DNA of 64,000 bases from a candidate division WOR-3 bacterium. GTDB lineage: Bacteria > SDB-A. Both the position numbers and the translations under genes were made by a program. Below are positions 47,518 through 58,064 of the stretch, piece after piece. How positions within the stretch are numbered: the first letter of the stretch is position 1; every line of letters starts with the position of its first letter. The notes under the pieces were generated by a model. It saw only the letters and a list, made by a program, of their open reading frames with translations. It had not been told where the DNA came from and did not search any database. Location: assembly GCA_016934535.1 (NCBI GenBank), contig JAFGSQ010000007.1, positions 1 to 64,000 of the forward strand, written 5' to 3'.

Positions 47518-49809
47518 ATGCTTTCTCATTTGTTAATGCTAGTCTGTTATTTCACGGTTTCTTTTCCTGTGAATCCTGTTGCGACATCAAGAGGAATGGT
47601 TTTTACAGACAGTGGAAGCAAAACCATTTATTTGGTATCCGAAAGAGGCGTTCTGGAGATATTCAAAGCTCCGGGGTGCGGTATGTATATGTCGACGTCT
47701 CCCTCCGGACGTTTGATAGGTTTCAAATACATTGACCGGCAAGGCATGCAGGTGCCTGCTGCAATAGATATAGAAAACCTTCATGTGACTGAGTTTTATC
47801 AACCCTGCAGTCTGGTGGGGCAGGTGTCTTTTTCGGCTTTGGACAAACCTGCCTTCACTATTGGAAATGAACTGGTATTTGAAAGCCAGGATGGCTTGAA
47901 GCGTTTCGATTTGGGATTTTATTCTAATTTGTGTCCCGTTTCTGCTGACGGCAATTTCGCCGTATTCAACGATTATAACGACGCGCTTTGGATATTGAAT
48001 CTCGAAAACGGTGAAAAGAAAAGAATAACGCCTCCCGGAACAGGTTACTGCTGTCCCGTGTGGTCTCGGGACGGGGAAAAAATCCTTTTCAGAGGTATTT
48101 CGGGAAACATTTACGTGTGGACACTTGAAAATTCGTCAACAGTGACGATAGAAGACGGTTTCAATCCTTGTTTTTCTCCGGACGGAAGGTATATTCTTTA
48201 TGAAAAAAGGTTTCACGCCGGACAAGTTTTGGTCAACTCTGACCTGTATATATGGGACACCCAGATTTCGTCTTCAGAGAGGATGACTTTCACTGAAAAT
48301 GAAAATGAAACGTATCCGGTTTATTTGAATGAAAGGCAAATCGCCTTCGTTTTACCGGACAGGAATGAAATTGTGACGGCTTTTTTGTCAGGAGCAGATT
48401 TGTTACCGGTATCGAGAATATCGCTGAACGAGGATGAAACACTACCCATTGAAAACTCAGTAAAATGCACGGGTAAAGGAGATTCATTGGATGTTACATA
48501 CATCCATCAGGTATACGACTCGCCTGATTGGTTCAACGGACACTGGGCGTGTGCACCGTCGGCGGCATTAATGGTTGTATCGTATTATGGATTGCTTCCC
48601 GCCTGGAAATGCCAGTGTTCATCTCCGTATTCGCACGAAAGCTTTTACGGGAGATACATTTGTGAAAGATATATGTTCAATGAGTTCGATTACAATCTTG
48701 CAGCAGACGATCCGGTTGGAACACCTTCCTACGGGGGATACGGATATATGTGGACGGGAAGTTATTCTCCTTATTCGAGGATGGTGCAGTATTATTTAAA
48801 TCACGGTCTGAGCGCATCGAGAGACGACACTCCGACTTTTGGTGAAACAGTGAACGAATTGAACGCCGGGTATCCCTACTCTATGTGTGTCGGATTGACC
48901 ACTTCAGGACACTTGGTGCTGGCGGTCGGCCAGGTTCTGAACTGGCACACTATTATTTTCAATGATCCTTACGGAAACAAGAACACAGCAGGATACCCAA
49001 GCTATGACGGAAAATACGCCAGGTACGACTGGCCGGGATACAACAACGGCAATCAGAATCTGAATCAGGTTTACTGGTGTGTGTCGGCAAGAGGTACGTT
49101 TCCGGATGTCAGCGACACGCTGATTGACGACAGGCATTTGACCAGTGGATTTTATCTTCATGCAGAAAATCCCTCATCTATGAAGTTTTGGAGAGACGCG
49201 TTTTCAGGCTATGAAAACCACAGCTGGTGGACTTATTCGACTCAAGGCACTCAAGACACTTGTTACGCCACCTGGACTCCCGCTCTTGCAGAAGAAGGCA
49301 TTTACGAAGTGTCGATTTATATTCCGGTTGTCAATTCGGGGGCCGTATCAGCTGTTTATCGGATTTATCATCCTTCCGGCCCAGACACTGTAGTAATTGA
49401 CCAGTCGCAAAATCCAGGGCAATGGGTTTCTTTGGGATCCTTCTTCTTCGACACTTCCGGCGGATATATATATCTGGGGGACAAGACCGGATATCAGGGG
49501 CAGAGACTTGCATTTGATGCGGTGAAATTCTCTTTGCAGGAGTCGGGAACAGAAGAAGAAATAATGAAACCTCAAACTGGTTTTTCGGCGTATTTTTCCG
49601 GTGAAGCCTTGATCATTTGTTTACAGGGACTCACATGGCATGAACTGAGTTTAAACCTCTATGACTCCGCAGGCAGGCTGGTTTTTTCGGGGATGTTGGA
49701 AGAGGGTATTAGCAGAACGGGAAATTTGAACCTCTCTCCCGGTCCTTACTTTCTCGTAGCCGATTTTGGTGCGGAAAAACACGTTGTCAAACTCTGCAAA
49801 CTGTTTTGA
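47518..49809 (+). CDS. Secreted multidomain protein: TolB-like propeller + C39-like peptidase + beta-sandwich + T9SS-like CTD
   Basis: PVWSRDG and PCFSPDG repeats; Q...WACAPSAALM, GHLVLAVG, NDPYG; WTP.L...G.YEV...W..LG.F; LYDSAGRLV...LSPGPY. Confidence 0.75.
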   Translation: MLSHLLMLVCYFTVSFPVNPVATSRGMVFTDSGSKTIYLVSERGVLEIFKAPGCGMYMSTSPSGRLIGFKYIDRQGMQVPAAIDIENLHVTEFYQPCSLVGQVSFSALDKPAFTIGNELVFESQDGLKRFDLGFYSNLCPVSADGNFAVFNDYNDALWILNLENGEKKRITPPGTGYCCPVWSRDGEKILFRGISGNIYVWTLENSSTVTIEDGFNPCFSPDGRYILYEKRFHAGQVLVNSDLYIWDTQISSSERMTFTENENETYPVYLNERQIAFVLPDRNEIVTAFLSGADLLPVSRISLNEDETLPIENSVKCTGKGDSLDVTYIHQVYDSPDWFNGHWACAPSAALMVVSYYGLLPAWKCQCSSPYSHESFYGRYICERYMFNEFDYNLAADDPVGTPSYGGYGYMWTGSYSPYSRMVQYYLNHGLSASRDDTPTFGETVNELNAGYPYSMCVGLTTSGHLVLAVGQVLNWHTIIFNDPYGNKNTAGYPSYDGKYARYDWPGYNNGNQNLNQVYWCVSARGTFPDVSDTLIDDRHLTSGFYLHAENPSSMKFWRDAFSGYENHSWWTYSTQGTQDTCYATWTPALAEEGIYEVSIYIPVVNSGAVSAVYRIYHPSGPDTVVIDQSQNPGQWVSLGSFFFDTSGGYIYLGDKTGYQGQRLAFDAVKFSLQESGTEEEIMKPQTGFSAYFSGEALIICLQGLTWHELSLNLYDSAGRLVFSGMLEEGISRTGNLNLSPGPYFLVADFGAEKHVVKLCKLF

Positions 49810-49829
49810 CAAATCTTTTATGGAGTGAT

Positions 49830-52800
49830 TTATTCAGGTAAATTTGACCCAAGTGTTTCTGTGATTTTTTCGGAAAGATCGGAGAGGGTGAAAGGCTTTA
49901 CCAAATAATTGTCGAATCCGAACTCGCTGAAATTAGAAAGTGCAAGATCATTTGAATAGCCGCTTGAAACCAGTGCTTTTACAGAAGGATTGATTTTTCT
50001 TATCTCTCTGACGGTTTCTTTTCCTCCCATGCCGCCCTGAACAGTAAGATCCAGAATTATAAGATCGAACGGGTTTTCACCGGGTTCCCTGAATTTACTA
50101 ATTGCCTCTTCACCGTTTCTCGCCGTTTCAACTCTGTAACCCAGTTCTTCGAGCATTTTTGATGTGACTTTTCTTATCATCTCTTCGTCGTCCATTAAAA
50201 GGATGTTCGCCTTGCCGTGTTTAATCTGCTTGCTTTTAATGCCGTTTTTAAAAAAAGCAACGCTATCCGATGCCGGTATAAAGATGTTGAAAGAAGCTCC
50301 TTTCTGCGGTTCGGAATCGACTTCTATCATACCGCTGTGATTTTTAATTATTGAATAAACTATCGAAAGACCAAGGCCTGAGCCGTTTTCTTTTGTCGTG
50401 AAATAAGGATCGAATATTTTAAGTATGTCATCAGGATGAATGCCGATGCCAGTGTCGGTTATGGAAATCTTTATGTATTTACCCGGTTTGAGATAGTATA
50501 AATATTTATATTTCTCCAACTGATCCTCGCTCAAATCGTGGTTGCGTGCGGTGATTTTTATCGTTCCGCCGCCGGGCATTGCCTGAACAGAATTCAGCAC
50601 CAAATTCTGTATTACCTGGGAAAATTGACTTTTGTCCACATCGACAACCCGCAGATTCTTTTCAAAATCATATTCAAGGTTAATGTCTGTTCCGCTCAGG
50701 ATAAATTTTGCTGAATCCGTTATTATCTCGCTGATCGAAGAAGCTTCTTTGACAGGAACACCTCCTTTGGCGAAAGTGAGAAGCTGTTGAGTGAGATCCG
50801 TAGCTTTTTTAACGCCTTTTTCAGCTTCGAGAAGACTTTCTTTCAGATCTTCGTCTTCTTGGGTATAAAGGTTGGCTATCGATATGTTTCCGCTTATCGT
50901 TGTAAGAATATTGTTGAAATCATGGGCAATGCCGCCCGCCAGAAGTCCGAGCGACTCCAGGTTCCTCATTTTTGAGAGCTGGTCTTCAATCTGTTTTCTC
51001 TCGGTTATATCTATCACATGGGTTATTATCCTTCCGAACGATCCTTCTTCTTCACGAAACGCAAACGAACTCAGAAGCACCCAGATAATTTTTCCGGATT
51101 TGTGATAGTAACGTTTTTCAAACTGTATGGAGTCTTTTTCGTTTAGAATGAGTGAATTTATATTCTTCATGGATTTGTACAAATCGTCGGGGTATGTCAG
51201 GTCGCTGAATTTTTTTTTCAACAATTCGCGTTCATTATAACCGAGCATTTCGCATAAAGATTTGTTGACGGCCAGGTAATGTCCCTCTGAATCCATTATG
51301 CTCATTCCGACGGGAGCGTTTTCAAAAGTGTTTCTGAATTTTGATTCGCTGACCCGGATCTTATGGTCACTCTGAATTTTCGCTATAATGTCTCCCAGAA
51401 ATGACACGACTTGAGACAGCAGTCTCTTTGAGATTCGGCTGAAGTCATCGTTTTCGTGTGAAGCAAGATTAAGGCAGGCGATAGGAGAACCCATGTGCAA
51501 GATAGGCAATATCGCGAGCGCCCTGATACCTTCTTCTATTACCGCAGGAAATTCAGAGGCCTGAATCTCTTTTTTTGAAAGAAAAGTAGGAATCTCTTTC
51601 CTTGCGACTAATCCTTTGGGGCTGTCTTTTTCGTAGAACTGGATTTTTTTAACGAAAGAATCCTTAAATCCCGAATGAGCGGCAAGAGCCAGACCTCCGG
51701 TGTCCTGTTCGACGATGTATATGCCGCCGCTGTCCACCTCTTCAATGGATTCAATGGAAATGAAGAGGATATAGTTCAGGGCTTCGTTCAAATCTGTCGT
51801 TTTTCCTATTCTCACCGCAAGCTCGTGCTGAAGTCTCAATATGTCTTCGTTCAGTTTTTTTTCCGTGATGTCGTCGGAGAGCCCAAGCAAGACGGTCGCT
51901 TCTCCGTTGTCGTCAGTAATAGGCATTTTTATTGTGTGGAGTATCCTTCTGCCGAATTTCGGAGAGTCTATCGGCTCTTCCGGTATGTCAAATACTTTAT
52001 TGCTTTGCAGGGTTTTATTGTCCATGAATCTGAAGAACTCAGCCTGGTTCTCAGGAAAGAAATCGAAATCAGTTCTGCCGATGACCTGCTCCTGTTTTAA
52101 TCCGTAAAGCTCTTCGCTCGTTTTGTTCCACATTATGAAGCGGCCTTCTTTGTCTTTGGCGAAAAGCGATATCGGAAGGTTTTCAATTATCTTTTCAAGG
52201 AATTGCTTGTATTCGCGTTCTTTTATGTGACTCTGTTTTTTTACCATTGCTGCCGAAATGTGATTTGCTACGAATTCAAGTATGTTCTGATGAAAATAAC
52301 TGTACGAAAATTCTTCATCGTACGATTGTACTACCAACGCTCCTATTATGAAGTTGTCACATTTAAGAGGTACACCGAGCCAGCTGAAGGGTGCGGTACC
52401 CTGGATATCAATATTTTCAACGTCGCAAAATTCATCCAGGCTGTCTCCTGATAACAGCAAGGGCGAGCCTTTAAGAACTACATAGTCAGTGAGGCTGTTC
52501 GTAACAGCTCTGGGAGCCGGCTGAGAATCAAAACGGTCTATGTAGCAAGGGAAACTGAGAGCTTTTCCCTCCTGGTCCAGGACGGCGACGAAAAAATTTT
52601 CGGAAGGGATTAAAGATCCAATGGTTGAATGTATTTTTTTGAATAAAACGTCGATATCATCGGTTTGATTTAATAAATCCGAAATCGAGAAAACCGCCTT
52701 TTGCAATTCGGTGGAAATTTTCTCTTTGGAAACGTCTGAATAAACGGCAATTATTCCGCATATACGCGGATCCTTGCTCATGTCTGTGGCGCGCCCGGAA

Positions 52801-53081
52801 ACGTATTTCTCAGCGTAAGAATCAAGAATTATTCTTAATTCAAATGGAACAGAACGCTCCGGTTCAGATAGAATCCCAGCGATTAATTTTTCGGTTTTGA
52901 TTTTTTCATCGGGATGGATAAAATCGAATATGTTCCTATTGATGACTTGTTCCGAAGAGACGTTGAATACATTTTTTATATTATCCGAGTGGTAGAGAAT
53001 GTTCCCGTTTTTATCTGCTATCAGAATCAGCTTTTGCAGACAATCGAGTATCTCATTTTGGAACAGATCCAGTTTTGGCAT
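49830..53081 (-). CDS. Hybrid sensor histidine kinase (PAS-GAF-PAS-GAF-PAS-HisKA-HATPase-REC)
   Basis: LAGGIAHDFNNIL, NLVLNSVQAM, DTGIGI, FDPYFTTK..GSGLGL, LMDDE...LDLT...KPF. ATG 53081 after AAGGA (track start 53126). Confidence 0.95.
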   Translation of the reverse strand: MPKLDLFQNEILDCLQKLILIADKNGNILYHSDNIKNVFNVSSEQVINRNIFDFIHPDEKIKTEKLIAGILSEPERSVPFELRIILDSYAEKYVSGRATDMSKDPRICGIIAVYSDVSKEKISTELQKAVFSISDLLNQTDDIDVLFKKIHSTIGSLIPSENFFVAVLDQEGKALSFPCYIDRFDSQPAPRAVTNSLTDYVVLKGSPLLLSGDSLDEFCDVENIDIQGTAPFSWLGVPLKCDNFIIGALVVQSYDEEFSYSYFHQNILEFVANHISAAMVKKQSHIKEREYKQFLEKIIENLPISLFAKDKEGRFIMWNKTSEELYGLKQEQVIGRTDFDFFPENQAEFFRFMDNKTLQSNKVFDIPEEPIDSPKFGRRILHTIKMPITDDNGEATVLLGLSDDITEKKLNEDILRLQHELAVRIGKTTDLNEALNYILFISIESIEEVDSGGIYIVEQDTGGLALAAHSGFKDSFVKKIQFYEKDSPKGLVARKEIPTFLSKKEIQASEFPAVIEEGIRALAILPILHMGSPIACLNLASHENDDFSRISKRLLSQVVSFLGDIIAKIQSDHKIRVSESKFRNTFENAPVGMSIMDSEGHYLAVNKSLCEMLGYNERELLKKKFSDLTYPDDLYKSMKNINSLILNEKDSIQFEKRYYHKSGKIIWVLLSSFAFREEEGSFGRIITHVIDITERKQIEDQLSKMRNLESLGLLAGGIAHDFNNILTTISGNISIANLYTQEDEDLKESLLEAEKGVKKATDLTQQLLTFAKGGVPVKEASSISEIITDSAKFILSGTDINLEYDFEKNLRVVDVDKSQFSQVIQNLVLNSVQAMPGGGTIKITARNHDLSEDQLEKYKYLYYLKPGKYIKISITDTGIGIHPDDILKIFDPYFTTKENGSGLGLSIVYSIIKNHSGMIEVDSEPQKGASFNIFIPASDSVAFFKNGIKSKQIKHGKANILLMDDEEMIRKVTSKMLEELGYRVETARNGEEAISKFREPGENPFDLIILDLTVQGGMGGKETVREIRKINPSVKALVSSGYSNDLALSNFSEFGFDNYLVKPFTLSDLSEKITETLGSNLPE

Positions 53082-53173
53082 TTTTTGTCCTTGAACAATT
53101 CTATTGAATGGCTCTTCAAAGAGCAACTAAAAGATTTGACCCGAGTGATTTTCTGGAAACCTGTTCATTCACA

Positions 53174-56098
53174 TTAATTTTCTTCGGCGAGTGCTTCAAT
53201 GTCTTCGCAATTAATATATATTCCGGTGATGTTGCCTTTGACGGGAGGAAAAAGCCTTGCCTGCTTGATAAGGGAGGCAGTTGTTATCAATTCTCCAGAT
53301 TTTCTCAGATATTTTGCCCACGCGTAGTCTGCGAAAAGTCTGATGTTAGGATTTTCAATGTAATGAATTGTCTTTTTTATATCGGAAAACAGTTTTTTGC
53401 CGTCAAAATCATCCGAGAATTTCAAAAGTATAAGGAATTTGTTTATTTTTGCAACAGTGTTTATCTGTGGATACACGACGTCGGACAATTTAATGCACCT
53501 GTCTATGTAAAACATCGCCTTTTTATAAAGCCCTTTTTCAGCGAGAAAAATCGAATAATTCAGTGTGGAGTATGAGATTGACCAGATGTAGCCGATTTTT
53601 TGAGAATATTTCAGTGATTTTTTTATATAATTGAGAGCTTTATCGATATTTCCGATAAAATAGTGGGTTTCAGCGATATCGTTGAGCAGGAATTCCCTGA
53701 AAAAATCTCCCGTATCAAGTTTTTGAGCTTCAGTAAAATATTCCAAAGCCTTGTATAAATCGTTTTTGGCGTAAGCGACCAATCCTCTTTTGTGAAGGTA
53801 ATCCGGATAGAGTTTTGAACGTTTTAATTTATCACCGGTCGCGTCGATACGGTCCAGGTATTTTTCCGTCATTTTGATTTTTCCCAGCCTCCAGTAAACG
53901 TTTGAAATATGCATACAAGCATCGTCGATACTTTCTTTCGATGAGTATGAAAGCGCTTTTTTAAAATAATATACAGATTTGTTAAAATTCGATTTCAGAT
54001 ATTCGGAAAATCCCAAAGACGTGTAAAGTACGGCAAGAAGAGGTTTGTCGCGATTTTCTTTTGCCCATAATATGCATTTTTCAATATAAAATGCTTGTTT
54101 TGTATAATCTCCCTGAATGGAATGGCTTTCGGCTTTTTGTCTGATCAATTCATAAATTTCGCTGTCTCTCTCGGCTATTGATTCAGCTTGACCGATCAAT
54201 CTAAGCGCTTCTTCGGATTTTTTTTTGTAAAGTGCGATTTTGATTGCTTTCATGTAGAACAAAAGAGCTTCATCCTTATTCCCGGCCATGTGCAAATGGT
54301 GAGCAATGTCTCCTGGTTCGGCCCAAACCGAGTTTTTTTTGCCGCAGAGGATTTCTGCTATTTTGAGATGGGTTTCCTTTTTTTGTTTGGAAATAACGGA
54401 ATCGTAAAGAACGTCTTTGAAAAATGACTGCTTGAAAGAAAACAGGTTTCCCCGGAATTCCAGAATCCCCTGAGCTGCAGCCTGTGACAGATAAAGAAAT
54501 GTTTCCTGGTTTCCGGTCAGATCTTTCATCAGGTCCGGTCTGAAGGAATTACCTGCGATAGATGACATCTTTAAAACATTTTTCATTTCGGCTTTCATCG
54601 AGTTGAATCTTGCCATAGATACGAAAGCGAGATTTTCAGGAATTCTTTTGGGTTCCCTCGAAAGTTCTGTTTTTGAATCGCGCTTATTCAGGTAACCGAA
54701 ATGATCGAGGTATTTTGAGAGCATGATTGAAAAAAGGGGATTTCCCCGTGAGGCTCGGTTAACGTATTGAAGAAGTGATTTGCCGATTTGGTCGCTTCCC
54801 AGTTCATTTTCCAGAAGATTTTCGGTGCTTTTAACGTTTAATGGCGAAAGATTTATTTCTGAATAATTTTTGAAGGGTAATGTAGATCGCGACGAAAGTA
54901 TCGTAAGGCTTTTAGTTCCCTGAAGAATATTTTCCAATCCTCTTAGAATGATGAAATCGAAGCTTTTCAATTCGGCGTCGTCAATTAACAGAGCGAAAGG
55001 TGATTTGTTTTTAAGGGCGTTAATCACTCTGTCTTTCAGGATATCTGTTCTGACAGACTGTGGAAGGGAAAAGAATTCGACGGATTCAAGACTGTATCCG
55101 AGTGCCTGGAAGGCTTCTTCAGAAATAAACAGGGGAGTATCATCGCGTCTTTTGGCTATGTAAAAAACATTGAAATTTTGGGCAAGTTCTTTTCTCAGAT
55201 GATTCAAGAAAGTAGATTTTCCAATTCCCTGTTCTCCATTAACTTGAATGGTTCTCACGCCATTAGCGAGAAGTTCTTTAATCGTTTTGAGCTCTTTTTT
55301 TCTGCCGGTGAAAAAGTAGTCAGGCGATTCGATTTTATTAAAACGGTAGTACCCTACTTTTCCCGGGTATTTGGGCAAGTTGGTGTGCTTCGATTTTGAG
55401 CATTTTACTTTTGACGGTAAAAGATTTTTAAATTTTTCAGAGAACAAAACTTCGCCTTGAGAAGCCCTTCTCGTGAGTCTTTCTGATAAATTTATGTCAT
55501 CGCTGATCGCCATGAATTTTGATTTATCTCCGGCGTCAAGCGTGCCCGCGTAAGCATAACCGGCGGATATTCCGATTTTGGCTTTTTCAAGTTCTGGATG
55601 TCCGGAAATAATTATGCTTTCTGCGCAGGCAAGTATGTCTTCAAAGACTGCCGGGCTGTCTGTCCTGTGTCCGAACAGGATCAGCATTTTAAAACCTTCC
55701 CTGGAAATGCAGTCGATGTCACTTATCTCACCGTCGTACTGACTAACGATAGAATCCGTTTTTTTTGTGAAATCGAAAAAATCAAATTCGGAATTCAGAG
55801 GCACTTGCATCATCATTGAAGCTATGACTCTGTGCTCCGGATCTTTTATTGCCGTATAATCATTTGTTTGGTCAGGCGTAGTTATAATATGACGTCGTCC
55901 GATAAAAGGTTTACAGGGATAGAAAACACTCTCGTCGTCTTTAAGATCGAAATTTGCCAGAATCTCTTTTGATTCGCCTGAAACTACGGCGAAATAATTG
56001 TCTTTCCAGAAATAAGGCGAGTAATTGAATTCTCCGCTGACAAAAGCAGTTTTGATGCTTACTTTTCCGTCGGGGAATACGGTTTCGTACTTTTTCAT
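53174..56098 (-). CDS. C-terminal part of a class III cyclase-like / AAA (STAND) ATPase / TPR protein
   Basis: Degenerate cyclase (KIGISAG, DDINLSERL), FTGRKKEL, GEQGIGKS, LLIDDAE, GNPLF, TPRs. Confidence 0.85.
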   Translation of the reverse strand: MKKYETVFPDGKVSIKTAFVSGEFNYSPYFWKDNYFAVVSGESKEILANFDLKDDESVFYPCKPFIGRRHIITTPDQTNDYTAIKDPEHRVIASMMMQVPLNSEFDFFDFTKKTDSIVSQYDGEISDIDCISREGFKMLILFGHRTDSPAVFEDILACAESIIISGHPELEKAKIGISAGYAYAGTLDAGDKSKFMAISDDINLSERLTRRASQGEVLFSEKFKNLLPSKVKCSKSKHTNLPKYPGKVGYYRFNKIESPDYFFTGRKKELKTIKELLANGVRTIQVNGEQGIGKSTFLNHLRKELAQNFNVFYIAKRRDDTPLFISEEAFQALGYSLESVEFFSLPQSVRTDILKDRVINALKNKSPFALLIDDAELKSFDFIILRGLENILQGTKSLTILSSRSTLPFKNYSEINLSPLNVKSTENLLENELGSDQIGKSLLQYVNRASRGNPLFSIMLSKYLDHFGYLNKRDSKTELSREPKRIPENLAFVSMARFNSMKAEMKNVLKMSSIAGNSFRPDLMKDLTGNQETFLYLSQAAAQGILEFRGNLFSFKQSFFKDVLYDSVISKQKKETHLKIAEILCGKKNSVWAEPGDIAHHLHMAGNKDEALLFYMKAIKIALYKKKSEEALRLIGQAESIAERDSEIYELIRQKAESHSIQGDYTKQAFYIEKCILWAKENRDKPLLAVLYTSLGFSEYLKSNFNKSVYYFKKALSYSSKESIDDACMHISNVYWRLGKIKMTEKYLDRIDATGDKLKRSKLYPDYLHKRGLVAYAKNDLYKALEYFTEAQKLDTGDFFREFLLNDIAETHYFIGNIDKALNYIKKSLKYSQKIGYIWSISYSTLNYSIFLAEKGLYKKAMFYIDRCIKLSDVVYPQINTVAKINKFLILLKFSDDFDGKKLFSDIKKTIHYIENPNIRLFADYAWAKYLRKSGELITTASLIKQARLFPPVKGNITGIYINCEDIEALAEEN

Positions 56099-56122
56099 TT
56101 TTTTTTTTAAAGTTGTTCGGAC

Positions 56123-56431
56123 TTATTTGACCGCCTGAGCGGAAGATGCGTCAGAAGGGAGGGATATCAGGACGGAATCGCCTGCCGCGTTTATAAAAAT
56201 CCCGCTGTGGCGATGAGAAGCCTGTATAAATGTTCCGTAAAGAATATTCACGATGTTCGCGATTTCTTCTAGTCCTTCCTTTCCCTTTTTTGAGAAAACA
56301 CTTACAAGTCTTGTAAAACCCGATATGTCAGCGTAAAAAAGAGCGTTGCTTCTTTTACTGAATTTATCCGGAGCCTGCCCCGGCTTTATAGACGATTCCG
56401 GGGCTGTGCCGCTCCAAGTTTTAGAATTCAT
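56123..56431 (-). pseudogene. N-terminal cyclase fragment, in frame with 53174..56098 but ended by a premature TAA
   Basis: ATG 56431 overlaps the upstream stop (ATGA); FYADISGFT and AGDSV motifs; 56431-56098=333 nt, so same frame. Confidence 0.75.
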
Positions 56432-57303
56432 AGGATTTTCAGATTTACTGCTGTTTTCTGGATAAGTCTCAGTGCGTGACGGGCGGAAATTTTCACGGGT
56501 GAATTGAGATAATTGTCCCACTTCAGGCTTTTTTCGAGGAAGATTTTTCTGCCGGTAATTTCGTACAGTTTCCACGATAGGAGAACGTGATATTTGTGGT
56601 AATCAATATTTGCCAAAGGTTTGTATTTGAAGAGTGAGTAATAAGTCCAGAAGCCTAAATCGTAGAGTTCAATATTTTTTTCAAGAGAAGATACAAGATC
56701 GTCTTTGAGTGTCAAAAAATCACAATCTACATTGAACCTGCACAGGTCGATGAGTCCGAATAAAGCGACAATCATGCCGTTTAATACGAGGCTTTTGGGT
56801 TTTGAAGAGTATTCTTCCAGTGCTGGGGACCCGTCGGGGAATTCCGATCTGACTCCTCCCGCGGGAACTTCGAGGAAGAAAGGTCTGATGGACTTCTGTG
56901 CGGCTTCTAAAAAACTGTTTTCATCGGTTATTTCATAGGCTCTCGTGAAAACCGAGGCTGCTCTGCCCTGAGCCATCGCGGATATCCAGGGCGGCTTGAG
57001 GTTCAAATTAGCGAGTGGAAAATCAAATTCAAAGATCATCCCGTTTTTTTTGTTTTTTCCTTTCTTTAAAAGCCATCTGGAAATCCGTACGAATTCATCG
57101 AGGCGCTTCTGATCTCTTTCGAAAGAGAATACCTGCAGATTATAAAGCGCGTAATGACAGATAAAGATCGTGTTGTATTCAAGTCCCCAGGGGTATCTGT
57201 ACAGAGGAATGTCTTCGGAATCGAACGTAAAAAGGTCGTACATGCCTTCCCGAACGTCTTTGAATCCCAAGTCTATGTAATAAGAAGTCGGTAAAAATTT
57301 CAT
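56428..57303 (-). CDS. D-glucuronyl C5-epimerase family protein
   Basis: WISAMAQG, GGV, EEY...SLVLNG.I.ALFGL, YDLGFW..Y, YHKYH. Confidence 0.85.
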   Translation of the reverse strand: MKFLPTSYYIDLGFKDVREGMYDLFTFDSEDIPLYRYPWGLEYNTIFICHYALYNLQVFSFERDQKRLDEFVRISRWLLKKGKNKKNGMIFEFDFPLANLNLKPPWISAMAQGRAASVFTRAYEITDENSFLEAAQKSIRPFFLEVPAGGVRSEFPDGSPALEEYSSKPKSLVLNGMIVALFGLIDLCRFNVDCDFLTLKDDLVSSLEKNIELYDLGFWTYYSLFKYKPLANIDYHKYHVLLSWKLYEITGRKIFLEKSLKWDNYLNSPVKISARHALRLIQKTAVNLKIL

Positions 57304-57350
57304 CTATTCATTTTAGATAAAAAACAGCCGTAATGCAAAAGAAAGTGTTT

Positions 57351-58064
57351 TTATCCGAAAAAGCCGTTTTCCCTGAAACTGTAAATGGTTTTTTTCGTGA
57401 CAATTATGTGATCGAGGAGGTTTATGTCTATGCTTGTAAGTATGTTTTCGATTCTGTTTGTCAAGACCATATCTGTTTCGGAAGGTTCGGGATTTTGAGA
57501 CGGATGATTGTGAACAAGTATCACCGAGGAGGCTTTCATCAAAAGAGCTCTCTCAAGAATTTTTCTGGGGTACACGTCAGCCTGACCTACAGTGCCTTCT
57601 GAGACAGTGTAAAGTTCCAGCACGTGCCCGGCGTTGTCGAGGAAAATTGAATAGACATGTTCATCTTTCAGAGCACCCAAAGAGCACGAAAACCTCTTTT
57701 CGATTTCTTTGACAGCTTTTTTGTAATTGTCTATCCTGATTTCGATTTTTTTTACGCTTTCTTCGTGCGCTTTTTTGAAACTGTCGGCGGCGAATAAAAT
57801 TCCGAATGCGGCAGATTTTCCGACTCCCTCGAATTTAGTAAGTTCTTCTTGAGCCGCATTGAAGACAGCGTAAAGAGATCCGAATTTTCTTAAAATTTCC
57901 ATGGCCTGAGCCCGCATGTCTTTTCGAGGAACTCCGAAGGTCAGCAAAAGCTCGACAATGTCAGTATCTGAAAGTGAATTAATACCCTGTTCCAAATATT
58001 TTTGCCTGAGTCTTTCTCTGTGACCCGGTCTATAACTGTCCCGGCTTTTTTTCTGCGATTTCAT
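57351..58064 (-). CDS. radC: RadC family JAB-domain protein
   Basis: GHRERLR, ELLL...PRKD, HhH GVG, E...VYPR, VHNHPS..PEPS..D, LLDHII. Confidence 0.93.
   Translation of the reverse strand: MKSQKKSRDSYRPGHRERLRQKYLEQGINSLSDTDIVELLLTFGVPRKDMRAQAMEILRKFGSLYAVFNAAQEELTKFEGVGKSAAFGILFAADSFKKAHEESVKKIEIRIDNYKKAVKEIEKRFSCSLGALKDEHVYSIFLDNAGHVLELYTVSEGTVGQADVYPRKILERALLMKASSVILVHNHPSQNPEPSETDMVLTNRIENILTSIDINLLDHIIVTKKTIYSFRENGFFG

Noticed and set aside
56123-56125. Selenocysteine/pyrrolysine or genetic-code recoding of the internal stop
   Set aside because: The codon is TAA, and TAA, TAG and TGA all terminate other genes in this window normally.
56432-56575. Upstream extension of the cyclase fragment
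   Set aside because: Overlaps the epimerase CDS; the ATGA-coupled start at 56431 is more plausible.
57351-58064. radC as a mobile-element marker
   Set aside because: Full-length form with an N-terminal HhH region among housekeeping-like genes; no integrase, transposase or att repeats seen.
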